A stretch of DNA of 64,000 nucleotides from an uncultured virus (IMG/VR IMGVR_UViG_3300007513_002396) (IMGVR_UViG_3300007513_002396:1-64000), one strand, 5' to 3'. Counted from the stretch's first letter, positions 16,692 to 27,521 are shown. Numbers and translations: made by a program. The notes: generated from the sequence alone by a model not told the origin.

Positions 16692-17999
16692 TTGAAAGAC
16701 GATAGAAAGAAGTTTATTTTAGACACAAGCGTCCTGCTGTATGATAAAAAAGCTATCCATTCCTTCCCAGGAAACGATGTTATTATTCCCTTACAAGTTA
16801 TGGATGAGCTGGATCGATTTAAAGAAAAGCCAGGCATCGTTGGAGAGTCAGCCCGATATATCAACCGCTTTTTAGATGATCTACGAGCAGAAGGTCGCTT
16901 GGATAAAGGTGTAAACGTTCCACTCACCTATTCAGAAAATCAGACGATACGAATAACCCTTTGTGACGATCCTACACAACTCCCCAAAAGTCTCGCTCAT
17001 GATAGCGGAGACAATAGGATACTTGCGACATGCATGAGCGAGAGGTCTGTAGGGGACGGTGAGACCATTGTCGTGATTACTAAGGACATTAACCTAAGAG
17101 TTAAGTGCGATGCCCTTGGCATCCATTCTGAGGACTACTACAAGGACCATATAGAGGCGGGCCAGGTAGAATATGCTGGATGGCAAAAAAACATTGTATC
17201 TAAAGAAATAATCGACGAATTCTTTGTGAAAGGTAAAGTGTCCACCGCCGTTGATTTCTTTCCAAATGAGTTTGTGGTGCTTTGTGATGGAGGGAATTCT
17301 TCTGCCTTGACATTTCATCGTGCCGGATATCTCTACGCAATGAACAAGCGACCTGCTGAGCTTATGAGTTCATTTGAAGCAAAGAACAAAGAGCAAGCAT
17401 TCGCTGTGGAGGCACTTTTACGAGATGACATTCCTCTTGTAACGCTCACGGGATTAGCCGGCTCTGGCAAAACATATGTTACATTGATGGCTGGACTAGA
17501 TGGTGTGCAACAGGGGCGCTACAAAAGAATAGTAATAAGTCGATCAATCCAGCCAGTTGGAAAAGAACTTGGGTTTTTACCAGGTGATATGTCTGACAAA
17601 ATGCAGCCATGGTTAGCTCCTATCCTGGATAATTTCAGAACAATGCTAGCAGACAAAGACTACACATACTTTCAAATGATGAGAGACCGTGGGGAATTAG
17701 AGGTTGCACCGCTAGCGTACATAAGAGGAAGGACGTTTAACGATTCCTTTATCATTGTCGATGAAGCACAAAATGCGACCATACACGAATTAAAAACACT
17801 TATCACAAGAGTTGGTAAGGGATCAAAAATCGTTCTTCTTGGAGACACAGATCAAATTGATACGCCCTACATTAATAAATTAAGCAACGGATTATCAATC
17901 GTTGTCCACAAATTTAAGGATGAGAATGGTGCTGCACATATTAAGTTGGCAAAAGGACAGAGATCAAATATAGCTACTAGAGCTTCTGCTATCCTTTAA
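16692..17999 (+). CDS. phoH: PIN-PhoH (YlaK/PhoH2-like) protein
   Basis: FILDTSVLL PIN motif, DNRILA, TKDINLRVKCDALG; GLAGSGKT, LGFLPG, YIRGRT, IVDEAQN, GDTDQID. Confidence 0.93.
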   Translation: MKDDRKKFILDTSVLLYDKKAIHSFPGNDVIIPLQVMDELDRFKEKPGIVGESARYINRFLDDLRAEGRLDKGVNVPLTYSENQTIRITLCDDPTQLPKSLAHDSGDNRILATCMSERSVGDGETIVVITKDINLRVKCDALGIHSEDYYKDHIEAGQVEYAGWQKNIVSKEIIDEFFVKGKVSTAVDFFPNEFVVLCDGGNSSALTFHRAGYLYAMNKRPAELMSSFEAKNKEQAFAVEALLRDDIPLVTLTGLAGSGKTYVTLMAGLDGVQQGRYKRIVISRSIQPVGKELGFLPGDMSDKMQPWLAPILDNFRTMLADKDYTYFQMMRDRGELEVAPLAYIRGRTFNDSFIIVDEAQNATIHELKTLITRVGKGSKIVLLGDTDQIDTPYINKLSNGLSIVVHKFKDENGAAHIKLAKGQRSNIATRASAIL

Positions 18000-18011
18000 C
18001 TTTAGATCTCC

Positions 18012-18018
18012 ATATTTA
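18012..18018 (+). promoter_or_regulatory. ATANTTA motif heading the fibre-gene operon
   Basis: ATATTTA 16 nt before ATG 18035, then SD GGAGG. Confidence 0.5.
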
Positions 18019-18034
18019 GTTCGGAGGTCCACCA

Positions 18035-18388
18035 ATGTCTAATGCGAGAACTAAAAAGTACAATAGAAATCGTTATCGAAAGGTCTACCAACCGGTTCGA
18101 GCGTTACCTAATTGGGGCATCCGGTCCGATAAAGAAGTAGTATTAGAGACCCTTCGAGTTCAATTCAACGGCGGTGATGAACGCACATTCGTGTTACTCG
18201 GCAGGTATAAGACACTTCCAGGAATCGTAGTGACCCCTGTCGGTGACCTTGCTGATGTGAATATATTCATTTCAGCGCTTTCTCTCGGTAGTGTTCCATA
18301 CGACGGAGGTAAAGAAGTATCCATTACTCTCAGCGCTAGTACCGCATTTGAGGGTGAAGTAATCGTACAGGCAATGATGATAGCATGA
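18035..18388 (+). CDS. Small putative virion protein (beta-rich)
   Basis: First gene of the structural operon; similar to the flanks of ORF 18385. Confidence 0.7.
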   Translation: MSNARTKKYNRNRYRKVYQPVRALPNWGIRSDKEVVLETLRVQFNGGDERTFVLLGRYKTLPGIVVTPVGDLADVNIFISALSLGSVPYDGGKEVSITLSASTAFEGEVIVQAMMIA

Positions 18389-19611
18389 TATTCAATCAAA
18401 GTGAGCATGAGCTGCAATACGGAATCATTGAGATAAAAGATGGTAAAGATAGCTTTGTCTTAGCTGTATCTGGGTCAAAAGAATTTGAACCTTCAATTAT
18501 TTTGACTCCCTATGGTATTAATGCCAACTTAAATACATTCGTGATGGGTCCTTGTAAGTGGGGGTCGCTTGTATTAGAGCCAGATGATGGACAAAATGTA
18601 TACGATCTAAACCAGACATGGCGAGCCAAATCAAATCTAGCAGAATATGACGCTAAAGCAAATCTCAAGGTATGGTGGAGACTAAATGAAAAACCGCTCA
18701 GCTTGGTGGACTTGGTCATCGCGGATTCTTCTGGAAATGGAGTTAACTCAATAGGCCAAAACCAAAATAACCAAAAGCCGGATAGGTCGTTGTCAACTCC
18801 ATCAACGTACATAGCTACAACAACTTTAGATTTCGAAAATACCGTCGGTGGCGCAGCCCATGGCAACGTAGCTTTTTTCAAGGCGAGTTATTGGAACAGT
18901 CTTGTTGGTGGAGAAGGTCCGACAACAAATGGTGGCACCTCAGGTCCTGGGAATTCGATGTCTATATCTTTTTGGTTTAGACCGTTGGACTGGACCGAGA
19001 ACAATGATGGCCAGATAATCTTTCTTGCTGGTGATAACGTCGGAGCAGGATCATTTCGGGGGGTCGTAATGTCTACTAACGGCAGCTCTTTTAAGGGTAT
19101 TCGTATCGGATGGAATGCTGGATTGCCGAAGGACAACTCATACGCTGGAACAAATTTTGCTGGCTCGTATAACGTTGCATTAAACACCTGGCATCATGCA
19201 GTCATAACAAGATCTGGGGCAGAATGGTCTGGTTCTGATTGGGTTGGTGGTAATCCTTACAAATTTTATCTAGACGGCGTCGAATACACAGATGTCACAT
19301 ATGCAGCAGTTGGAGGAGGTGGAATTAAACCTAATCCGATTGTAGAGGCAGGTTCTCCAAACGCTCGTCTCGGCTACAACAGCGTCCATGGATTCAGTGG
19401 CGATTTATCAGATTTTGCGATCTGGGATACAGAATTAACAGCTACACAAGTCGAGGCGCTATATGGTACGGCAGCGTCTGGTGTCGAAGATGCAGAAACA
19501 ATTAGAGCGAAGGGTGACGTCTGGTGGGCAGTCATAAAGAGATCCACAGATATCGGAGACGTTAACGTTCAATATCAGGCCATTGGGGCCTCTCCATTAA
19601 GGGTGAAGTAA
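18385..19611 (+). CDS. LamG/ConA-like domain virion protein
   Basis: VWWRLNE, DSSGNG, MSISFWF, NTWHHAVITR, KFYLDG, FSGDLSDFAIWDTELTATQVEALY. Confidence 0.85.
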   Translation: MIFNQSEHELQYGIIEIKDGKDSFVLAVSGSKEFEPSIILTPYGINANLNTFVMGPCKWGSLVLEPDDGQNVYDLNQTWRAKSNLAEYDAKANLKVWWRLNEKPLSLVDLVIADSSGNGVNSIGQNQNNQKPDRSLSTPSTYIATTTLDFENTVGGAAHGNVAFFKASYWNSLVGGEGPTTNGGTSGPGNSMSISFWFRPLDWTENNDGQIIFLAGDNVGAGSFRGVVMSTNGSSFKGIRIGWNAGLPKDNSYAGTNFAGSYNVALNTWHHAVITRSGAEWSGSDWVGGNPYKFYLDGVEYTDVTYAAVGGGGIKPNPIVEAGSPNARLGYNSVHGFSGDLSDFAIWDTELTATQVEALYGTAASGVEDAETIRAKGDVWWAVIKRSTDIGDVNVQYQAIGASPLRVK

Positions 19612-19612
19612 A

Positions 19613-22600
19613 ATGGCAAAAGATTTTAGAAGTAATCAAATAAGAACAATAAAGCTTATCGGTTCCGGTGGAGTGAATATAACAAAGCCCTATCTGGGAC
19701 TGCTAATTTATAGTTCTTCTGCTGCAACAAATTATGATGGTGGTCATGAAGCAAAAATGCTACAAGACGTCGGCGATGACGTATGGATGTTTGTAAGCGG
19801 TTCTGCAAATACCACTGCATACATTGCAACACAGAAGCCCTCCGGAGGGTCCGTTCTTTTTGGTGGGGATGTCGTCGTAAGCGGAACGTTGTACGCTGAA
19901 AGACAGGTAATAGAAGTCGACTCAAGTGTTGACGGGGATCTTCTGGTTCCCAATTCAATAGCAGGCGGTATTAAGGGGATGTCCACTGCCGGTGGAAACT
20001 ATGCGAAGCTTCTTGTTGATCCTTTTACACAAAATCTTGGAAAAGTTGGACCCCAAGCCCAACAGAAAGATGGCACTGTCTCCTTTAATATAGTAGCAGG
20101 ACCCGGGGAAGGAAATGCATGGAGGTATGATGGCTCTCTAAAAGAAGACGTTTTCTTTCATGTTTCTGGAAGTCGAGGTGTAAGAGACACAAGACAAAGA
20201 GGCTTGGCTCTTTTTGATGGCGATCTCCATACGTCTGGTAACCTCAGTATGTCACCGGACTCAGTATGGACCACAGACATTATATTAGACAATTCTACTA
20301 ACGACCCGCCAATATTTGCTCAACAAAATGGGTTCGGAAAACGCTGGACAGAAATTGCTGTCCAGCAGAAAGGTTTTGGTCAGTTTGATGTTGAGATAGC
20401 GAACTCTGGATCTGACGTTGATAGTAATTTAAAGTTCAAGACTAGAGCGGGTCATTCCGGGGAATACTCTATGGTATTTTCTGGATCAGGTGATCTAGGG
20501 CTGGATAGACCCTCTATGGGTCCTCGAAATCTTATATTGGACGGCGCGCGCCAAACACGTATTTCCTCAGAGTGGGATAGTGTTACTGATGGTATGCAGC
20601 TAACACTTGAAGGAGCAGCAGATGGTAATGCCTCCATAATCTTTAATAAGTCAAATATAACAGGTTCAGGTGGGTATTATCTAAAAGCGGGGAGCATTGC
20701 CGCCGGGATGGGGGGCCAGGCTCTTGGTTTCCAATTTACTGGTGGTGGCTCTGCTGGGACGACCACTGCGGGACTTTATTATAATAGGAGCGGGTTCGGG
20801 CTACAAAAGCACCCTATTCTTCAAGGCCCAAATGATGCGCTGGTTATGACGTCAGCAAATGCTGGTGAGAAAATGCACATCGGTGCTGCAAAGGTGGAGG
20901 TCTGGGGACTGGAGAATGGGATTGAAATCAATGCATCCCACCCAACCTGGATAGACCAGGTCGGCGGTCCGATTTTGATGAGGGCAACCGGTTCCCATGC
21001 CGACGGTGGTGGAGTTGATATATGGGGTGATGTTCGTATGCGAGACAGTTTAGAGATTGATGGCAATCTTACTGTCTGGGGCGATAAGATCATTGGTCAC
21101 GTAATATCAGCATCAATATCTGATCCACTGTTGCTACTAAACTCTGGTGCGGTATCCTCTGGTACACCAGGTCCTGGTGGCGGTATGAATCCATCAGGTG
21201 GCGGTATCGCCATCGCATCAGGATCTACGTACATCGATCAAGCGATGGTTTTTGGTAGATATGTCCATAATAGCATAAAGAACACTTTCTTTGCTGGAAG
21301 GATGGACGTTAAAAATGGCGATGAATTACGATTTGATGGCGCTGAACCTATCCGAATGCTCGCGGCGGGGTATCGCTTTACTGGTGAAAGTACACCCCAG
21401 GCAGAAACGAACTTTTTGTTAACTGGCTCTGGCGGGGTGACAATACTTTCTGGTAGTCGCTTCGCGCTTGAGTCTGGTAAACCATGGTTCTTTAGTGATA
21501 TAGGCACGAAAACAGGCGCAGCTCCTCCAGGCTCTTACTACATGGTCTATGATAATACAGACCCAAGCCCGGGAGTTCCTGATCTGCAACTGCATATTGG
21601 AACAGGTAGCTTTACGATAAACGCTGATCCCAGCACAGCTTCGCAATTATTTCTCGGGGCATCCAAACATACTTTATGGGAAGATGACCCGACTGGTTTT
21701 GGCGAGACAAAGTTTCTTACAGACAAACAGCTAATTGTTTCTTCATCTGATGGCTTGGTACTTTCGACGTCTAATAATGATCTCGTAGTGTCAGCTTCCG
21801 CACCTATCGGTCCCAATCCCGCCATAAGGGTGCGAGGCGGAAACGTCTTTGTTAACACAACAAATAATAATGGCAAGATCGAGATTACATCGAATAAGCA
21901 ACTTAAGTTATCTTCTTCAAACATAGACGGAAAAGTTCTCGTTACAGCAGGGGAAACCGCTGGATATGACGGTGGACAACTAGACTCAGCGCAGCTTTAT
22001 CTTTCAGGAGGTATTGTTGATCCCCTGGGATATAACGGCAGAATAGGTGCTGCGTTTGTAAACACTCCCATACTAGAATCAAAGTCCATTATAGAAACTT
22101 ATCCCGATATTAACTTCTTTGTTTCCGGTTCAATAGACAGTCGTCAGTCGACCCACCGCGGGGTAGGTGTATTCGGCGGGGACTTGGTCGTATCAGGTAC
22201 TGCAAAGGTGGGCGCGCTAGCGATCGATAACCTCGTCTTAGAAGGTGCCGCTGTTGGTCAGCCATTCATTAGATTCGGGTTAACAACCGATTCTCCAAAG
22301 GTGTATCATAACGCTGGGAACCTTACATTTTTTGATGACTATATTACGACCCCTGGATACACACTAACACAAATAGCTGCAAGAGGTGTTGAGTTAAACA
22401 ACAACATTTGGAAAAACACATATGCTGGTGGCGGCGGGGATTTTGGTAGCTATCTTGCTACAAGTGGTGCTGTATCGTTTGATTTTGACCAAAATTGGGC
22501 AGGTACACCAGATCCGTATGTTCCAAAGCGCACAAATAGCCCGGGATTCGGTGGTTCAGACGTATTCTTTATTATTAGTGGTTCGAAGGGTGGTAAAAGT

Positions 22601-23416
22601 GCTGAGCACGAAAGAAGCACGTCAGTCTTTCGTGGTGATCTTCTCACATCAGGAGCCATGTATTGGGCAAGAATATCAACAGCGATGGCCGCAGCGCAAG
22701 TGGTCGGACCCGATGCAGTCTCAGTTTACGCCAAAGATGTAAGTGGAGAGACAAGACTATTTTACAGAAATGAAGTTAACGAATTACCGTTAGGCGCAGG
22801 CGGTAGCCTGGACGATGCTTATGATACCCCAACTGGTGGCGGCTTAAAATCGACTGCCGCGGGAGCCGTTGTTGAAGTGGACGGCCGTCCGGTTCAATTA
22901 GAGGGAACAATCTCAAGTGGATCACCGGTTGTGTTAGTGACATCAGGGTCGGTGGCTCTTATTTCATCTGATAACAGCACTCCACCCAGCATAATTTGCG
23001 ATACAGATGATAAAGCGGGTGGTGTCGATTTAGAATTCAAAATAAACAAGACCGGACCGCTAATGACAAAAGTATTTTCGTTGTCAGGCGGATCCGCTAA
23101 TCTAGTTATGAACAACAATGCGTTATTAGCGTGGAATCAATCAGAGACTGAGGCGATTCTAAAATATAAAAATGATCCAGCTGCCAGCATATCTCACGGA
23201 ATAGGAACCAAACACTTCTTACCTGACGCTGACAATACCTATAATCTTGGAACACCAAACTTTCGTTGGGCAAACCTATATACCGGTGACCTCCACTTAA
23301 AGAATGAGCGTGGTAACTGGACCATACTTGAGGAAAGAGACTATCTATGTGTAATAAACAATATTACAGGGAAGAAATACAAGATGGCACTCGAGCCGTT
23401 GGAGGATGACGAATAA
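19613..23416 (+). CDS. Large tail-fibre-like virion protein
   Basis: Gly/Ser-rich; four internal DxxFxVSGS...FxGDxxxSG modules; fibre-type C-terminus RWANLYTGDLHLKNERGNWTILE...TGKKYKM. Confidence 0.8.
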   Translation: MAKDFRSNQIRTIKLIGSGGVNITKPYLGLLIYSSSAATNYDGGHEAKMLQDVGDDVWMFVSGSANTTAYIATQKPSGGSVLFGGDVVVSGTLYAERQVIEVDSSVDGDLLVPNSIAGGIKGMSTAGGNYAKLLVDPFTQNLGKVGPQAQQKDGTVSFNIVAGPGEGNAWRYDGSLKEDVFFHVSGSRGVRDTRQRGLALFDGDLHTSGNLSMSPDSVWTTDIILDNSTNDPPIFAQQNGFGKRWTEIAVQQKGFGQFDVEIANSGSDVDSNLKFKTRAGHSGEYSMVFSGSGDLGLDRPSMGPRNLILDGARQTRISSEWDSVTDGMQLTLEGAADGNASIIFNKSNITGSGGYYLKAGSIAAGMGGQALGFQFTGGGSAGTTTAGLYYNRSGFGLQKHPILQGPNDALVMTSANAGEKMHIGAAKVEVWGLENGIEINASHPTWIDQVGGPILMRATGSHADGGGVDIWGDVRMRDSLEIDGNLTVWGDKIIGHVISASISDPLLLLNSGAVSSGTPGPGGGMNPSGGGIAIASGSTYIDQAMVFGRYVHNSIKNTFFAGRMDVKNGDELRFDGAEPIRMLAAGYRFTGESTPQAETNFLLTGSGGVTILSGSRFALESGKPWFFSDIGTKTGAAPPGSYYMVYDNTDPSPGVPDLQLHIGTGSFTINADPSTASQLFLGASKHTLWEDDPTGFGETKFLTDKQLIVSSSDGLVLSTSNNDLVVSASAPIGPNPAIRVRGGNVFVNTTNNNGKIEITSNKQLKLSSSNIDGKVLVTAGETAGYDGGQLDSAQLYLSGGIVDPLGYNGRIGAAFVNTPILESKSIIETYPDINFFVSGSIDSRQSTHRGVGVFGGDLVVSGTAKVGALAIDNLVLEGAAVGQPFIRFGLTTDSPKVYHNAGNLTFFDDYITTPGYTLTQIAARGVELNNNIWKNTYAGGGGDFGSYLATSGAVSFDFDQNWAGTPDPYVPKRTNSPGFGGSDVFFIISGSKGGKSAEHERSTSVFRGDLLTSGAMYWARISTAMAAAQVVGPDAVSVYAKDVSGETRLFYRNEVNELPLGAGGSLDDAYDTPTGGGLKSTAAGAVVEVDGRPVQLEGTISSGSPVVLVTSGSVALISSDNSTPPSIICDTDDKAGGVDLEFKINKTGPLMTKVFSLSGGSANLVMNNNALLAWNQSETEAILKYKNDPAASISHGIGTKHFLPDADNTYNLGTPNFRWANLYTGDLHLKNERGNWTILEERDYLCVINNITGKKYKMALEPLEDDE

Positions 23417-26400
23417 TGGCGATTTATACTACGTACGTATCTAGCTCTGGTGCTGGTGCACATACTGACATCGGCGGATCTATAACTGGATCACTCTTTA
23501 TCCAAGGAGAAGCTAACTCTCCTCACACTGGAAAATTAGTCGTTAATACAATCTCTGGTTCAATGACCGACATGTTCCCAGGACTAGTTATATCAGGTTC
23601 TACAGGAGTCCCAGGTGATCTAGGCAGGATAATAATGTCTGGGACTGTTGAATTTGAGCACAAACTAGAAATTAAAGATGCGATTACATCAAATTCTTCA
23701 CTGCATATGTCTTCAAGTAATGGGCTCTTTGATGTCTCTGCTCATCCATCCCCAGTCTCTGAAGGTGTAAAGTTTAGACTCAGCAACTCTTCCAATGTTA
23801 TAAACAACAATTACATCTTAGGTCAAATTCAATTTGCAGCAACGAAAGACACTGACGGACCCCGAGGTGTTGCTGCTTCGATTTTAGCTCGAGCTCCAGA
23901 AGGATATGATGGATCCATGCATTCGACCGGAGTGCCAGCAGACCTTGAATTTTATGCTGATGATCTCGCAACACCAAAGCTCTTTGTATCTTCTAGTGGA
24001 CGAGTAGGAATTGGGACTGCTGCACCGGCAACGAAATTACACGTTGACGGTGTTACAAGATCGGTAACATCTGTTCAGACACCGTTAATAGAATATACAG
24101 ACGGGGATGATGCTATCGAAATTTCTGATGGTGGATTTCTTACATTTCCAAAAGGAATATTAGAGTCACCATCTGTGTACGTAGGACAAGCGACCTCTGC
24201 TAATAAATGGTTTAAGATAGCCAGTTTAAAATACTCGATGATCTCGAACCAAGTATCACAAGCATCATTTATGGTTCAACCTACTCCGATTAACAGCTCT
24301 ACCGGCGCCAATCGAGGTGCTGGTATGTATATTATAACCGTTCGAATCACCACAGAGACAGGTCCAGTTGTGCAGACACAGGGCAATGCCACATTTGTAA
24401 CTGTTGAATATTCTGGCCCATCTACGGATGGCCAACGCCCAAGTTGGCATGCTAAAAATAACGTGGTCCTGAATTATGAAAGCGACGGTGCTGCTGCTGA
24501 TCTGTGGTTTCGGGTTCCTAATGCTAGCGGATTCTATGGTAATTTATACGTAACTCCTGTTGTTGGTACCAGTGAGGCATCACCGGTCGCGTATAAGGGA
24601 CCTCCATGGGTGATTAACGCGCCTGTTGCCCCTACTACGCTACCCGCCACAAATGAATTCGAGTATGGCCAGTATGCATCTAAGATATTCGGTGTCGTAA
24701 CAGGTAGCCAGTTTGTTGTATCGGGTGGTAATCCAGGACATGAGGTGCACATTAACGTCGACGGCCATGGAGCACTTTCTCTTACTGGGTCTTATTCGAC
24801 AACGCTTGGCTTTGCCCACCCGTTTAGCAATACCGAGGATACCTCTTTTATAGACAAATTAATAGGTGGCGGAGCTGGTGTCGAAGGAAGTGGCGGTCTT
24901 GCCATTACAGGTTCTTATGGTACTAATTCACAAGTCTTCTTCCACGGCGATCAGAATTCTAGGGTATTCATATCTGCGAATACTGGGGACCCATCTCTTA
25001 CATTTACCACACCTGTTGCAGACGGCACCCAGCAAGAAAGATGGGCATTTGCTCTAGATGAAAGCAGAGATAATAGACTTGGCTTTAACCCTGGTAGTCC
25101 AGCTCCAGGTACTGATGACTTTCTTTCACTAAAATCTGACGGTCCTAATATTCTAATGCGCTATTCTAGAAATGCTTTAGCAGATGTAGGAGATCCCGCA
25201 AATTATTTTATGCATGTTGTTAATAATGATGACACCCTGGGGCAAGGCGCAGGTATTGCATTTACCAGTGATGCCCCCTCCTCAGCTGGAATCGATGATC
25301 CAAATGTTGGCGGAAGTATTATTTTAAAGAATGCTGGAGCTGAATCGAAGGGAACTCTACAATTCTATACAAAACAATCGACAGTAGAGGGAGACACTCC
25401 AACCCTAGCAATGGAAATCGCTGGTGGTCAACTCAATCTACAATACGGAATGCAATTTGACGGTGGTACGCTTAAAGATTCTGGAACGAATGACATCATA
25501 ACGTTTGATGGTTCTGGCAATATTGAAACGATCGCTCCAGTTTTAGATCAGCTCACCGTCATAGGGACAGATAATACAGCCGAGCCTGTTATAACCCTTG
25601 TTAGCACAAATACAACAAACCATAAAGCTGGCCAGCTTCAACTGGATCACTACCACGGTAGCGCTGGGGAAGACGGTGTAAATCTTGGGGAAATAAAATT
25701 TAGGGGTTCAAACGATGGATCCACGTGGGGTGTCGGTGCTTCTATTCAGGGTGTCGGTGATGGTGATTGGTCGACAGATGATTATCCAGGCAGGCTTGAA
25801 TTTTATACTACTAGAGAGGAAGCGGGCGCTGGTACTCTAGCACTCACAATCCACAAGGACCAACAAGCTGATTTCACAGGGAATGTAACAGTTGGGGGCG
25901 GATACGGAAGCACTGGTACAACAATTTCGACTGCTGGTGTTCTTGAAACTGATAGTTCAATCACTTGCGGTAACGTTTTATATGTCATAGGGGACTCTAT
26001 AGCGGATTCTTCTTTGACAAGTGCAATCACCTTTGATGGAGCCGCGAATACGACGGTTGCAGGTGACCTAACAGTGGATGGAGATGATATCAAGGACAGT
26101 GGCGGAAATACCATACTTTCCTCTGATGGTAACGGTTACATCGACGATCGTCCAACATTCAGAAATAGTAGCATGGCCTATCCGACCACTGGTATCGATA
26201 CCAGCGCTCCGGACACAAATGATTTTCTTAATATTTCTGGTTACCATTACTACACAACCACCGTATTGGGTTTAGCGTCCATTCAAGGAGGCGGCCAATA
26301 TAGGGGGTGGCTTGGCGATGCAGCGGAAAACGGCACCGGGTCAGGGGCGCTAAATACAACTGATTGGACCTTTACGAATGGAACTGGTGCCTCCGAACTG

Positions 26401-27480
26401 CGGTATGACTACCTCGAAGACTACACTTATTTTGGTGGATCCAAAGCTAACTTTGGTAAGTTGTACATTCTACGTGACACTGGAACCCCTATTTGGCAAA
26501 CCGCTAATACATTTGGTGCTGGCACATGGTACGTTAGATATCGGGGAATGAAAGCCAACACCTCCTGGGAAGAAGAGGATGAGATCCGCTGGCAAGTTCG
26601 AACCGATGGAGGCTCCTGGACTACTGTTCATACTGTCTATTTAGACGCTTCTGCAACGACCAGCGCAGGTAATTTACCAATATATGATGATGCGACCAAG
26701 GCCTACGGTTGCTCGGTCGATTCTTTTACTTTCACAGTCGGCGGAACTTCGTCTGAATTGCGTGGTTATAGATATTCTGGAAATACGAACGAGTGGGTGG
26801 CCATCTGGGAATTCCAGCAAGTAATGGCAAATGATGGATCGAGGTATCCATGTCTAGACATCATGTCTCCTGTTGGTGGACCGGATCACAGCACGCAGTA
26901 TTTGATGCGGTTTTTTACCAATGACGCAACGACGAGCACTCACTATCCTGACGGTACTATTACGTTGAACGATGGAACTGTTAGCTATAATCAATTTACT
27001 GGCCAGCATGGTGGAAAAGTTACCGTTGAAAATATGAAATACTCAAAGGGATCGATCGTTAGAATTACTGGAATTGATAAAACAAAAAATGAGCCTGTTT
27101 ACGAGATTGAAGAAACAACATCTGCGCAAGATAAAGCTGTTATAGGTGTATACAATAGCTTTGAGGGTGTCGGTGGGGTATCAAACTGCGGTATTGCCGC
27201 TGTAGGGAATGGCTATATACTTGTTTGTGATGAAGGTGGTGACATCGAGGTTGGAGACTATATTTGCTCGTCTAATATAAAGGGACATGGTATGAAGCAA
27301 GAAAGTGATCAAATGATGAATTACACGGTAGCAAAAGCAGCAGAACCTGTGGATTGGTCAACAATAACGTCTTCACGATGGGTAATTACAGGTACAGATG
27401 AAGAGGGAGAGCAGATTGGTGAGCATCAACAATTTCCAGCAACACAAACAAGGATCAATTGTACATTCCACTGTGGATAG
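23416..27480 (+). CDS. Large tail-fibre protein with C-terminal intramolecular-chaperone-like domain
   Basis: GRVGIGTAAPATKLHV fibre repeat; LEFYT repeats; C-terminus FTGQH...GDIEVGDYICSS..GHGMKQ..NYTVAK...CTFHCG. Confidence 0.82.
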   Translation: MAIYTTYVSSSGAGAHTDIGGSITGSLFIQGEANSPHTGKLVVNTISGSMTDMFPGLVISGSTGVPGDLGRIIMSGTVEFEHKLEIKDAITSNSSLHMSSSNGLFDVSAHPSPVSEGVKFRLSNSSNVINNNYILGQIQFAATKDTDGPRGVAASILARAPEGYDGSMHSTGVPADLEFYADDLATPKLFVSSSGRVGIGTAAPATKLHVDGVTRSVTSVQTPLIEYTDGDDAIEISDGGFLTFPKGILESPSVYVGQATSANKWFKIASLKYSMISNQVSQASFMVQPTPINSSTGANRGAGMYIITVRITTETGPVVQTQGNATFVTVEYSGPSTDGQRPSWHAKNNVVLNYESDGAAADLWFRVPNASGFYGNLYVTPVVGTSEASPVAYKGPPWVINAPVAPTTLPATNEFEYGQYASKIFGVVTGSQFVVSGGNPGHEVHINVDGHGALSLTGSYSTTLGFAHPFSNTEDTSFIDKLIGGGAGVEGSGGLAITGSYGTNSQVFFHGDQNSRVFISANTGDPSLTFTTPVADGTQQERWAFALDESRDNRLGFNPGSPAPGTDDFLSLKSDGPNILMRYSRNALADVGDPANYFMHVVNNDDTLGQGAGIAFTSDAPSSAGIDDPNVGGSIILKNAGAESKGTLQFYTKQSTVEGDTPTLAMEIAGGQLNLQYGMQFDGGTLKDSGTNDIITFDGSGNIETIAPVLDQLTVIGTDNTAEPVITLVSTNTTNHKAGQLQLDHYHGSAGEDGVNLGEIKFRGSNDGSTWGVGASIQGVGDGDWSTDDYPGRLEFYTTREEAGAGTLALTIHKDQQADFTGNVTVGGGYGSTGTTISTAGVLETDSSITCGNVLYVIGDSIADSSLTSAITFDGAANTTVAGDLTVDGDDIKDSGGNTILSSDGNGYIDDRPTFRNSSMAYPTTGIDTSAPDTNDFLNISGYHYYTTTVLGLASIQGGGQYRGWLGDAAENGTGSGALNTTDWTFTNGTGASELRYDYLEDYTYFGGSKANFGKLYILRDTGTPIWQTANTFGAGTWYVRYRGMKANTSWEEEDEIRWQVRTDGGSWTTVHTVYLDASATTSAGNLPIYDDATKAYGCSVDSFTFTVGGTSSELRGYRYSGNTNEWVAIWEFQQVMANDGSRYPCLDIMSPVGGPDHSTQYLMRFFTNDATTSTHYPDGTITLNDGTVSYNQFTGQHGGKVTVENMKYSKGSIVRITGIDKTKNEPVYEIEETTSAQDKAVIGVYNSFEGVGGVSNCGIAAVGNGYILVCDEGGDIEVGDYICSSNIKGHGMKQESDQMMNYTVAKAAEPVDWSTITSSRWVITGTDEEGEQIGEHQQFPATQTRINCTFHCG

Positions 27481-27492
27481 TGGTATAATAAC

Positions 27493-27521
27493 TTAAATTA
27501 ATTAATTATTAAATTAATAAA
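27493..27521. repeat. 29 nt AT-only tract with two direct copies of TTAAATTAAT
   Basis: Copies at 27493-27502 and 27509-27518. Confidence 0.8.

Noticed and set aside
16692..17999. PIN-PhoH as a toxin-antitoxin or defence module
   Set aside because: No adjacent antitoxin-like gene in the same orientation; PhoH is a routine large-phage gene
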